Origin: Octopus bimaculoides
Lineage: Eukaryota
Length of the DNA: 64,000 bases
Direction: 5' to 3'
Assembly: GCF_001194135.2 (NCBI RefSeq)
Contig: NC_068995.1
Location: 53,680,445-53,744,444 of the forward strand
Shown here: one piece after another, positions 53,530 through 64,000 of the stretch
Position numbering within the stretch: the stretch's first letter is position 1
Layout: every line of letters begins with the position of its first letter
The notes under the pieces: model-generated
Database searches by the model: none
The model's input: only the letters and a program-made list of their open reading frames with translations
What the model was told of the DNA's origin: nothing
Made by a program: the position numbers and the translations under genes

Positions 53530-53785
53530 TTAAATTTCGACACAAGGCAAGGCATTTTGAGAGGGGGGTGGTGGTGCTTAATCGATTACATCTACCTCAA
53601 TCGATTACATCTACCTCAATCGATTACATCTACCAGTACTTCGCTGGTACTTTATTTCATCGACCTAGGAAAGATGATAGGTGAAAGTTAACCTCAGCGG
53701 GTATTGAACTCAGAGCGTAAAATGCCACCAGGAGTGCCATTAAGCATTTTGTCCGACTTGCTACGGATTCTGCCGGCTCACTACC
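53530..53785 (-). mobile_element. SINE family A with an internal 19-bp unit triplicated (53580-53633)
   Basis: The family A blocks are present, plus (aatcgattacatctacctc)x2.8. Confidence 0.85.
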
Positions 53786-54059
53786 TTCCTGAAAATCAGA
53801 AATATCAAAAGAAGTATCAGTGGCCATTAGAGATTTGTCTGATTGATCCTGATCTTCCTCTACCAAAATTGGCCATGGGCTTGCATCAACGAAAGGGTGA
53901 GTACTGTAAAAGACAAGTAAAGTTTCTGGTAGGATGAGATAACAACAGTATAATTTCAATCCTTGGTTAAAATAATTTCGTTATACCTGCCTCACTAATC
54001 GCCATGTTTTTTGTCTAGCAAAACTTAAATTATTTTGACATTTTATCTTTTACATTTTT

Positions 54060-54290
54060 ACACGTTTCAGTCATTTGCTTGGGGCCATACTTGAACACCA
54101 CCTTTTCTCGAAGAAATCGACCCTAGGACTTATTCTTTGTAAGCCTAGTACTTATTCTATCGATGTCTTTTGCCGAACCGTATAGTGAGAACCATATAGT
54201 AAGAACCATATAGTAAGAACTAGACTAAAAACCTTTCAACGTAGTGCCCCAACATGGCCAAAGTTCAACAATTGAAACAACCAGAAAATA
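54060..54290. mobile_element. Two SINE family B tails in inverted orientation, separated by a 14-bp x3 repeat (54181-54222)
   Basis: Reverse tail 54060-54180; tatagtRagaacYa x3; forward tail gactaaaaacctttcaacgtagtgccccaacatggcc. Confidence 0.7.
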
Positions 54291-54655
54291 AACTATTAAC
54301 CCTCCCACTATTTCTTTAAATTTCACCCTTTCTACATCCTTCACACGGACATATGAAGCCATGCCACATCCACGAATTTGATGCTTCGCTCATTCTAAGA
54401 CCTGTATTTTTCGCCCTTCTTTTAGACAATTATATATTCTGTCTACTCTTTATGCGTGTCTATATATAATTCACAAGCACCGTTGATTTGATGGCCTTGG
54501 TATGTCGATGCTGGTGCTGTGATTGTTGTTGCTTGGTTGCATTTAGATACGTGGTATCATGTGCTTGTTTATTTGACGATGGAGGTATAAATTATACTAC
54601 AATGTGTGTGTATTTATGCTTGTGTAAGTATAGAGGGGTGTGTAAATCACTCTCT

Positions 54656-54656
54656 T

Positions 54657-54715
<59 letters not shown>

Positions 54716-54720
54716 CTATC
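54656..54720. repeat. (TATC)n microsatellite
   Basis: Seen directly. Confidence 0.95.
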
Positions 54721-56001
54721 AATCTATCGAGCGATCGAGTTATATATAAAGGTATGTGTGTATATATGTATTGTATGAATGTATGTGGCCGTGCGTCATA
54801 TGAACATGTGGTGTCGTTATCATACAACGTAGTGAATATCTGTGAGTATATGTGTATATTGTGTATGGAAGCTTGTCAGTCAAACAGCAGGCGACAACTG
54901 AAGACCACATTCATTATAATAATGTCCCATGAACTGAATATTAACATTAACTTGCAACCTCGTTCTGGTTGCATAAAACATGGCGACACCGATAGATGGG
55001 GAAAGTGCAATTTCCGTACGATATATAGAATCTGTCAGTGAAGTGTCAGCCTCTATGTATTTTGCTTATACACGCACACTCACACACAGACACACATTCT
55101 CTATCTCTCAAACGCACACATATATGAATATATATATATATATACAGAGAGAGAGAGAGAGAGAGAAAGAGATACATATACACACATCAAAACACGCGCA
55201 CACACACACACACATACACGCCAGCTTGCGCACACACAGACGCTCACATGCACACACACAAATACATACATATATATATATATGTGTGTGTGTGCATATT
55301 CACGTATCTCTATATCTCTCTCCTCTTTCATTCTCTGTCTGTCTGTGTCTCCCCCCCTATCTCTCTCTATATATCTACTGCAATGTATGCATTTTGCACG
55401 TCTTGATATACGCCTGGGGTTTTATTTGTAATCAATATATAACTTAGTGTGTGTGTGTATTTACGATCTGGGTTTGTTATAATATATGTTTCACTGATTT
55501 TGTCTGAAAACTTTCTGTCTAAATTGAATACAAATTACTTTAACTGTTTAAACAAAACAAGGATTACTCAACAAGCGACACTATGCCAAGGATTATATCG
55601 TGTATATCCATTCAATAAAATGTCATTTATAGAGGTGAGTGACTATATAACAGTTATTATTGTTTTTCAGATTTCAGAGTCAGTTAGGTAACATTCAGTT
55701 CTTTTATTTTGATTAAATAATGTCTTCTCACAACCATCATACAAACCATTACTGAAGTGGAAGGAGTGTTTCTTTTAGAGTTACAAGTTTCAGAAATGGC
55801 ATTTATATGTTTAAAGCTCTTAACTGTGGACATCGATCTTTTGAGTATAACGAAGAAATGGGTGTTATTTCTAGAGAACTATTTATATATATATATATAT
55901 ATTTTTTTTACCTATGCATCGAAACGAAAATCTGCTTTCAATCATTATTTTTTTTTACTCACCTTTGCTTAAAAAAAAGAACAACCAACATACAGTGAAT
56001 A

Positions 56002-56076
<75 letters not shown>

Positions 56077-56793
56077 NNNNNNNNNNNNNNNNNNNNNNNN
56101 NNNNNNNNNNNNNNNNNNNNNNNNNNNNNNNNNNNNNNNNNNNNNNNNNNNNNNNNNNNNNNNNNNNNNNNNNNNNNNNNNNNNNNNNNNNNNNNNNNNN
56201 NNNNNNNNNNNNNNNNNNNNNNNNNNNNNNNNNNNNNNNNNNNNNNNNNNNNNNNNNNNNNNNNNNNNNNNNNNNNNNNNNNNNNNNNNNNNNNNNNNNN
56301 NNNNNNNNNNNNNNNNNNNNNNNNNNNNNNNNNNNNNNNNNNNNNNNNNNNNNNNNNNNNNNNNNNNNNNNNNNNNNNNNNNNNNNNNNNNNNNNNNNNN
56401 NNNNNNNNNNNNNNNNNNNNNNNNNNNNNNNNNNNNNNNNNNNNNNNNNNNNNNNNNNATATATATATATATACGCACACACGCACAAATGTATAAGTTC
56501 ATTGAAAGTTTTAGTTAGTTTTTTCTTCTGTGAAGTTCTTAGCGTTGGTGAAAATACTTCTGTGAAGTCTTCATAGAAATATGTGTCGTAACATTTACTG
56601 GAAAGTGTTTGTATTCGTGTTCTCTCCCTCACTTTCCTTCTTTCTAACTCTCTCTGTTTCTCGCTCACTCTCCGTAATACACGCTCAACGCATATACGTA
56701 TGATTACGCGCATGCGTGAGTATATGCGTTTATGAGTGATTGCGAGAGGGGAAGTATATTTTTGATACTGAAAAGAATACGCTCAAGTTTGAA

Positions 56794-57298
56794 TATATAT
56801 TTGCTAGGAATCAGGGTTATGTAAAACTAGACCGCGAACTCTCATAAACTGGTTAATGGTGAGAATATATTTTGCTACGTAAGATCACGTTATGATCATA
56901 GTTACAATAATCATATTGCGTTGGTGCATAATTATTGCTGCTTTTTCCCAACAAATTTTATTCAATAAAACACTATAACAATATTTCAGAAAAACATCTT
57001 TTATTGACGGTCTAACCATCTGCCAAGTAAATAGGGAACAGTAATTGAAGTAAATGGTGAATACGCTCCGGAATAATCATTTAAAGATGTTTTTGTTACA
57101 TGTTGTTATTGTTTTTGTTGAATAAAATTTGTTGAAAAAAAAGTCACAATAATTATGAACCAACGCAATACATATATTTGTTAGGAATCAGGGTTATGTA
57201 AAACTGGACCGCGAACTATTATAAACTGGTTAATGTTGAGAATATGCTTTTGTTACTCCAGGTAAGATCAGGTTATGAACGTAGTTACAATAATTATA
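56794..57298 (+). repeat. ~120-bp direct repeat (56794-56915 and 57171-57298) abutting both ends of a MITE
   Basis: Manual alignment: about 87% identical with two small indels. Confidence 0.92.
56914..57170 (+). mobile_element. Mariner-derived MITE (257 bp)
   Basis: The ~58-bp TIRs (tattgcgttggtgcataattattg... / ...caataattatgaaccaacgcaata) are about 85% identical, with TA ends. The interior retains HLPSK*GTVIEVNGEY, like the mariner C-terminus KLPERWQKVIEQNGEY. Confidence 0.9.
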
Positions 57299-57569
57299 AT
57301 TAATTTGTTTCTCCCAAATTTCATGGTGTATACACACAATAATGTAGCCAATATAATTTTCAAAATAACGATATTTATTAAATTGAATGAAAATTGAATA
57401 AAATGGATTTTCTATTTCTATATATGCAGTAAATATGTTTACAATAACAGTAATACTGTTTAACTATGAGTTAATTACAAATGCAAAATTGCCCCCATAT
57501 CATCCAATAGGGTTCATGTCATCACAGTTTCTTCGAGGTGACCGTGACACCAATTGTGAGTATTATTAC

Positions 57570-57899
57570 GATGCCTGTTTCGATTCATTATGTTCTGAGT
57601 TCAAATTCCGCCTACGGTTGAACGTTACCTTTCACACTTCAGAGTCGACAATATATGTACAAGCTAATGATTAGTGTCGATGTAAACGAATTTCTCTTTC
57701 GCCTTAAAATGCTCGCCTTGTTTTTTTAAATTTGGAACAGTTATTACGATGATGCCTATAAGATAAATATTCTTTTCTATTCTATGCACAAGGCCGGAAA
57801 TTTCTGGGGAGGAGGTCAGTTGATTAGATCTACCCCAGTAGGCAACTGGTACTTAATTTATCGATCCCGAAAGGGTGAAAAGCAAAGTCGACCTCAGCA
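57570..57899. mobile_element. Two truncated SINE family A copies facing each other (+ 57570-57655; - 57770-57899)
   Basis: gttctgagttcaaattccgcc on the + strand; gcacaaggccggaaat...gcaaagtcgacctcagc on the - strand. Confidence 0.8.
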
Positions 57900-58386
57900 C
57901 TTTCTGCAACTTTGCACAGACCTCTGAGCAGGTATCGCCACGACAACTTTCTTTCTCATGGTCAATGCGACGATCACATATGCTACACACCTTCCTTCCA
58001 AGAACTGCCGTAAACAGAAGAATTGAGCTTGAACGTTAGACATTAGTGCGCATGCACAGCAGTGTAAGTATTTGCGAATTGACTTTATTCTGCATGCTTT
58101 AGCTTTGTTACTATGGCACCAGTCCTGGTACTTATTGATCAGACCGCGTATGCGTATTGCTTGTGTGAATGTGTTATTCGCAACTTCTTAACGTTGGTAA
58201 TATGTTTCTAAAAAGACTTTAAAGAAATATATGCTGTCGAATTTACTTGCCGCATATTTGCATTCCTCTTTCTTCTCTCTTTTATCATCGTTTTTATCTA
58301 TAGTTACTATGTGACTGTGAATGTGTGAATGGGGAGTAACGAAAATTAAGTATCTAAGCTAACCTACACAGAATTTCTTCTTTTAG

Positions 58387-58547
58387 TTGCAACAGCTCAA
58401 GTAGTATTTCCCAATATAGAGTGCTCGTAACTCCAGTGGGTACTAAAACTTACTTCAGTGGGTGCTGGAAAAGTTTTCGTGATAAACATTTTTCTTATGT
58501 TAAATCTTCTTACCATCAAAATGTCAGAACATTCCAGCAAAAAAAAA
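58387..58547 (+). CDS. Candidate internal exon (161 nt), unsupported by homology
   Basis: CTAAC at 58359-63, then tttcttcttttAG, a 53-codon open frame (CNSSSSISQYRVLVTPVGTKTYFSGCWKSF...) and a GTAAGA donor at 58548. Confidence 0.2.
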
Positions 58548-59040
58548 GTAAGAAAACTGCACATGTCGCAAACACGTTGGTAGTCATTTTATTCGATTTT
58601 CTACGTGTTTCTCTTTTCGTTACTATGACACCACATCTGTCTAAGCATTTCTATCTTCCTCTTTCAGTATATCTCTACCTTACGCATCCTCCACACAGCC
58701 ACACAGAATTCGTCGTTATGTAATTTGGTTATTTCTACTTGTACACCTGTTTTCAACTTTTGTTTTCAACTTTTATATTGTAATAAAATCTAAAGCAACA
58801 TACTAATCTCTAGTGAGGATAATTCTTACTCTTACTCTCCCTTACAGGGTATATTCATATGTCTGTTTGTGTGGACAGTTAAGGACGGTATGTGATTCCA
58901 ATGTACCTGCAAACCAAGTCCATACTATTGACTAATTAAACCTCAGTAACATCTCTGATGATCAGAAAATAGAACAACAAAATGCCGTGCATGGTTCAAT
59001 ATATCAGAAACGATCTTGGAGGTTTCAATCGAGCAAAACG

Positions 59041-59070
59041 TAACCCTAACCCTAACCCTAACCCTAACCC
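59041..59070. repeat. (TAACCC)5 telomere-motif tract (TTAGGG on the - strand)
   Basis: Five perfect units, seen directly. Confidence 0.9.
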
Positions 59071-59217
59071 TTCGAATAAAAAAAAATAATAAACAGTAAG
59101 ACCGAGAAGCATTCAATAAGCAGATGCCTCGAGTTTGTTTTTTAAACTTTATAAAAAACTTCATTTGGACGAATTCGGTAAATTCCCTCCGTTGCCAAAC
59201 CAAGACCAATTACATAC

Positions 59218-59330
59218 ATACAAGGTGAAATAAAATGTCTTGCTCAAAGACACGATGCGTCGCTAAGAATTGAACTCGTGACCTTACGATCGTCAGCCGA
59301 ATACCCTAACCACTAATCTATCGCCTTCAC
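59218..59330 (-). mobile_element. SINE family C head
   Basis: The reverse strand reads agtggttagggtattcggctgacgatcgtaaggtcacgagttcaattct, then gtgtctttgagcaagacattttatttcacc (CORE-like). Confidence 0.75.
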
Positions 59331-59907
59331 AAAAACACACACAGCACCACTACCACACCACACCTCACACAAGCTACATACAAGCCACACACAAGTCACA
59401 CACACAGACACATACCCCCCCCACACACATACGCATATAAATAAGTGAAAACGTAACATGTACAAGAAATGGTGAATTGATAAAGTTTATCGTTTTATAA
59501 CATAATTATCTTTAAATGATTATTCTTATTTTCCCCTAAGATTCCATTTAATGATCATGAGTTTGCACTTTATGCTTCTACGACTATTCTGTTCCTTCGT
59601 TCTCTGTATGTTTTTGTTTTCGTTCCTTTGTTTTTACATTATTTTCTTTGACATTTGATTTTTCTGTCTGTAGAGTGCTGAAATATTATGCCGACGTAAG
59701 TACATCACGTGGAAAATGAAAATCTGATTTAACAAAGTTTCTTTTTCACAACACTCACTTGAGGAATTGTATATGCTAGTATTGGTGAGTGATGCTAATT
59801 AATGTAGTGTCGTTTATAACATATGCAACATTCATCAATGAACAGCTGGTAATACTGTGTTGAAACAATTATAGATATGTGTAATAATCTATAATAATTG
59901 TCTTTAA

Positions 59908-59961
<54 letters not shown>

Positions 59962-60164
59962 ATATCCGGCTTGACGTAGATGTATTGTAAGAAAACCGAA
60001 TTGGCTTAGAGTCTCTTATACAGTCTTTGTTGCATAAAAGCACATAAACATTGTCAGCTACCGCTATTTCCGTGCACTTAAGCACGAGATGTCTATACCA
60101 GATGCTTTCACAAGACAAATACTACAGTATTACGGCTTTCATACAAAATCCACACGTTAGCTAG

Positions 60165-60211
<47 letters not shown>

Positions 60212-60538
60212 NNNNNNNNNNNNNNNNNNNNNNNNNNNNNNNNNNNNNNNNNNNNNNNNNNNNNNNNNNNNNNNNNNNNNNNNNNNNNNNNNNNNNNNNN
60301 NNNNNNNNNNNNNNNNNNNNNNNNNNNNNNNNNNNNNNNNNNNNNNNNNNNNNNNNNNNNNNNNNNNNNNNNNNNNNNNNNNNNNNNNNNNNNNNNNNNN
60401 NNNNNNNNNNNNNNNNNNNNNNNNNNNNNNNNNNNNNNNNNNNNNNNNNNNNNNNNNNNNNNNNNNNNNNNNNNNNNNNNNNNNNNNNNNNNNNNNNNNN
60501 NNNNNNNNNNNNNNNNNNNNNNNNNNNNNNNNNNNNNN

Positions 60539-60574
<36 letters not shown>

Positions 60575-60649
60575 GAGTGTTTTCTGAACATAAGTGAGTG
60601 AGTGTGTGTGTGCGTGTGTCAAGTAAAAATTCCTTTCGCATTCTAATTC

Positions 60650-62265
60650 ACAGAAAGGCCATTGACAAAAAAAATATACGTTCCCTAGAAATAGTAGAAC
60701 CTCTCCCTTCACAAGATAGAGAAGGAAAATAGCCGAGGGAATTCTCTCTGCAATAATGTGATGGTGGGCCAAGTTGTGGAAGTAACTGAGGATATCCAAA
60801 TGACAAACGATCTGACATGATCTCACTGCCTCAATCATTATTCAAATGAATAAATCAACTGAAATCTGAGACATGAGCCAAATTTGTGTGTATGACTTTA
60901 TGTTGATGTCTCTTAGGATCAGTTTCTGTTTTCTAGGGCATTGCCATTTACTATAAAAGCTATTGATGTCTCAATGACAATATTTCTAACTTAATGAATT
61001 GGAATAGGGCCTTCAGAGATGTGTGTGTAATGATGGAAAATATTCAGAGTTTACAAAATTACGTCACATTTGTTGTAGATTGTAATACTTGCTATAAAAA
61101 GTTATCACTGTATATCACTTTCAGCATACGAAAGCTGTGTGAACGTCACTACAGAAATTTCGTGGATGTTATAGTCAAAAGTGAATTTCATTGGAGTCCA
61201 AGTTCTCAATCGTATGACATCTTTATGTCTTTCTGCGAGAAATTTGCAAGTGAATATAGAGCATTGTTTCTCTATTGTGTTATTATTATTATTATTATAT
61301 TATATCTGAAGAAATTGCCAGTTTCTTCCATGAGTCTAGAAACAATTAGATAAAGCACGTTTCAGAATTATAAATTCGTTTTGGCTGTTGGACATTTATT
61401 AGACTTATTCAAACACTCGAATAAAATAAATTTCACAATGAAGAAATTGAGAGAAAACAGGTAGTAGCATCTCGAAAGGATTGAGGTATTTTAAGAAAAA
61501 AAAAAGCCTTATTTAGGATTATTTAAATGTAAGACAATTTTTCTTATCAGTTCTCCTGCCTGTTGGAAGGATTGAAGCAGAGTTGGAAATCGATTCTTCG
61601 TTGAAAGAAGGAATTCTCAGTGTTTGAGAATACAGTAAAGTACATACCGTAAGGAAACTGTTGACGACCGGATCCGACAACCATTCTTATTGGACAAGGA
61701 CCTTAAAGAGGAGATTGTGAAACTACAAGGTAAGGAAGCCAACAAAATTCTTTTCCGATTCTTTGACAGAATTATTGTAAAAACAGTTAACTTGCAAATA
61801 TAACATAAGAATCAATAATTTCTTTCCCAGCAACTTATCTTTCAGAATCTATATTTTCTACTGTGATGCATAGAAAATAATAAGACCACCAACAAAAAAA
61901 TAGAATTGAACCGCGTCTATGTCATGCGATTGGCGCTCACAAATACTACATCAAACATACAGAATCTAGTGAAAATAAGCAGAAAAAACAGTCAATAATT
62001 TTATTTTTCTGTATTTTGTGTTAACCATGTTTGTTGCTAATCATGTGAAGATAGTGACTTTTATGAAGCTGGTTGTTTATTGACTATAAATGTTTTGTGA
62101 TAATTTTTTTAGTTTTCTTTTTTACAATTTCCACTATAATAAAATATATAAGACATAAAATCCAGTTAAACTTTAAATAATATTATGGACGTTTAATGAG
62201 GTGTGTTGGCCTATGTGACTTGTTATCAAAGGGTGGTTCGACAAGCAAAAGTTTGGAAATCACTC
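60650..62265 (+). mobile_element. Decayed hAT (Charlie/Buster, ZBED5/SCAND3-like) transposase with 3' TIR
   Basis: Ordered motifs: LCNNV..VTEDI; IQMNKSTEI*DMSQ (~QLDESTD); DQFLFSRALPFTIKAID; IFMSFCEKFASEYRALFLYC; HLLDLFKHSNKIN; RIRQPF..LKEEIVKLQ; SFPATYLSESIFST (~PFPTTYLCESGFS); MRLAL..IQNLV..KQ..S*. The terminal gtttggaaatcactc at 62251-65 resembles the hAT end gtttgggaaccactg. Confidence 0.8.
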
Positions 62266-62569
62266 GTCTTAAGCCTTTTCATCTTTGTCAATATATATGA
62301 TTTGCTAAAGTTGTTTAGTGTGTACCCGTAATATCACGTGTAAAAGTAGTCAGCTCCAGCGATACGAAACACCTTACGCCAAGTCTATGTTATATATTGA
62401 CACTACTTATTTTGTTTTACACTACAGGTATCATTATTTATTGGAAGATGAATGAGCATCACAGCGTCGCTGGTTTGTTCAAAACAACTGCTTTCAGTAT
62501 ACTTAATAAATCAATAGCAGGAGATTGTAAGAAATATGGATTGGCAGAATATTTACAACTCCGCGAAAA

Positions 62570-62779
62570 TAATCTTTTCTACTCTAGGCACAAGGCCGAA
62601 CATTGTTTGGGGATGTGGCCAGTCGTTTAGATCGACCCCAAAAACGCAACTGGTACTTAATTTATCGACTCCGAAAGGATGAAAGGCAAGGTCGACCTTG
62701 GCGTAACTTGAACTCAAAATGTAACGACAGATGAAATACCTCTAGGCATTTCACCCGGCGTGCTAACCACTCTGCCAGG
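62570..62779 (-). mobile_element. SINE family A
   Basis: ttttctactctaggcacaaggcc...aactggtacttaatttatcgactccgaaaggatgaaaggcaaggtcgacc...cccggcgtgctaaccactctgccag. Confidence 0.9.
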
Positions 62780-64000
62780 GTGCACACAAGCGCATACACG
62801 AAAACACACGCAAACGCACGCGCGCGGAAACAGAGATGAATACATACACAAACACATGCACACACATATGCAAACGCGCGCGCGCACACACACGTACAAA
62901 CACATACACATACACATACATGCACGCACGGATGCGTGTATTGGTGGAATTTGAACTGAGTATGTGGAATCCGTACATTTGCCCCAAAGCATTTTTCTGA
63001 CAAATTAACGGTTCTGCCAAGCGATTGTCTTGGTAAATGTGTTCGATGTCCATAAATGAATAGGTTGGGTGGGGGAGAAGCACACGCTTGCAGTGTGTAA
63101 TAGTAGACAGTCATCGACATCATTTGTGAAGTCAAAACGAAAAAAAGTAAGAACATCTCAGCATGGTCTCTCGAACTCCTAAACATGGCAGCCTTATTTC
63201 CCTCAGAATTCACCTGACTATTCTCAAAAGAAGCATTAAATACATCAAAAAAGAAAAAAGAATGAAGTTGTTATGGTTTGAAGGAATTCGATAATTAGAC
63301 AAATCGATCATAATTGAGCAAAGACTACAAAAAATAATAACAAGAACTCCAACACTGATAAAAACGTAGTCAGAAAATGGTGCGAGTCGGTACAAGTGGG
63401 AAAACATTTCTTTTGGATCTCTCTTATATCAAACAATTTTTGCACGAAAGGATGGTATTTCAGAAATATTTTACTGCTATTTCTTGCAAGAGAATCAGCC
63501 ACGTACAAGCTATTTCACTGTCTCGTAAAACTGGATATTTAGGTTCCGAAGATTCTATGGTTTTGCATGCTTTTTATAGTGAGGTTATTTAGGATTACAG
63601 GATTCAGCTTGGAATTAAATGAGTGTTATTGGTTGCTGGTGAGGCTTTGCACCAGGTATAATCTGATGGAGCTTACCTGTACTCAAGAGAGCGCCAGTCG
63701 ATTAAACCAGTTCGTCAGGTTTCTTTAGACGCTGTAAATCTAGACCGTCATAAAATTCAATATGTCTGTATAATTTTAAAACGTTAGCAGCCATTTTGCT
63801 ACGATGCCTAATAAGTCAAAAGCTCGCGAACGGATCAATTTCAGCTGAGATACTATCAAATCGGTTTTTAAGGTCTTAATATATCTAGGACTCCACTGTC
63901 CTATGTGTATATATATATATATTTTTAAGATGGTAGGATAACATATTTGAAGAAATTTTGGTGTTATGTCTAATAAGTTAAGTGCCGGCTACCGGATAAA

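Noticed and set aside
53785-53903. Exon-like open frame on the - strand (THPFVDASPWPILVEED...), with an overlapping GTGAGT donor on the + strand
   Set aside because: The - strand donor comes from the adjacent SINE head, no homology is recognisable, and the segment looks repeat-like.
55557-55640. Strong GAG|GTGAGT donor after an open frame
   Set aside because: There is no convincing acceptor upstream and no recognisable peptide.

Overview
This is AT-rich, gap-ridden eukaryotic draft-assembly DNA with very dense microsatellites. The tRNA-headed SINEs and the repeat density suggest an octopus or other coleoid cephalopod genome; that is inferred from repeat style, not verified. I find no confident multi-exon protein-coding gene, tRNA, rRNA, CRISPR array or prokaryotic system. 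Nearly every ORF in the supplied track is a translation of simple repeats or N-gaps. The window is mostly an intergenic or intronic transposon graveyard. It holds about 30 SINE copies in three families, two decayed mariner transposases, two mariner MITEs, a long Charlie/Buster-type hAT fossil, RTE LINE fragments, a 300-bp foldback element and decayed Penelope-type hammerhead motifs. The items most worth checking are: (1) a perfect 74-bp inverted copy inserted 442 bp from its source (6160-6749); (2) a mariner MITE bracketed by a ~120-bp direct duplication that resembles a giant target-site duplication (56794-57298); (3) a short signal-peptide-like ORF below the ORF-track cutoff (32250-32426); (4) a mariner with an internal inversion joined at an 8-bp microhomology (10120-10718); (5) a near-consensus minimal hammerhead ribozyme motif (51231-51257). 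I cannot honestly claim a new biological system from this sequence alone. All protein similarities come from manual translation and remembered family motifs, not database searches.
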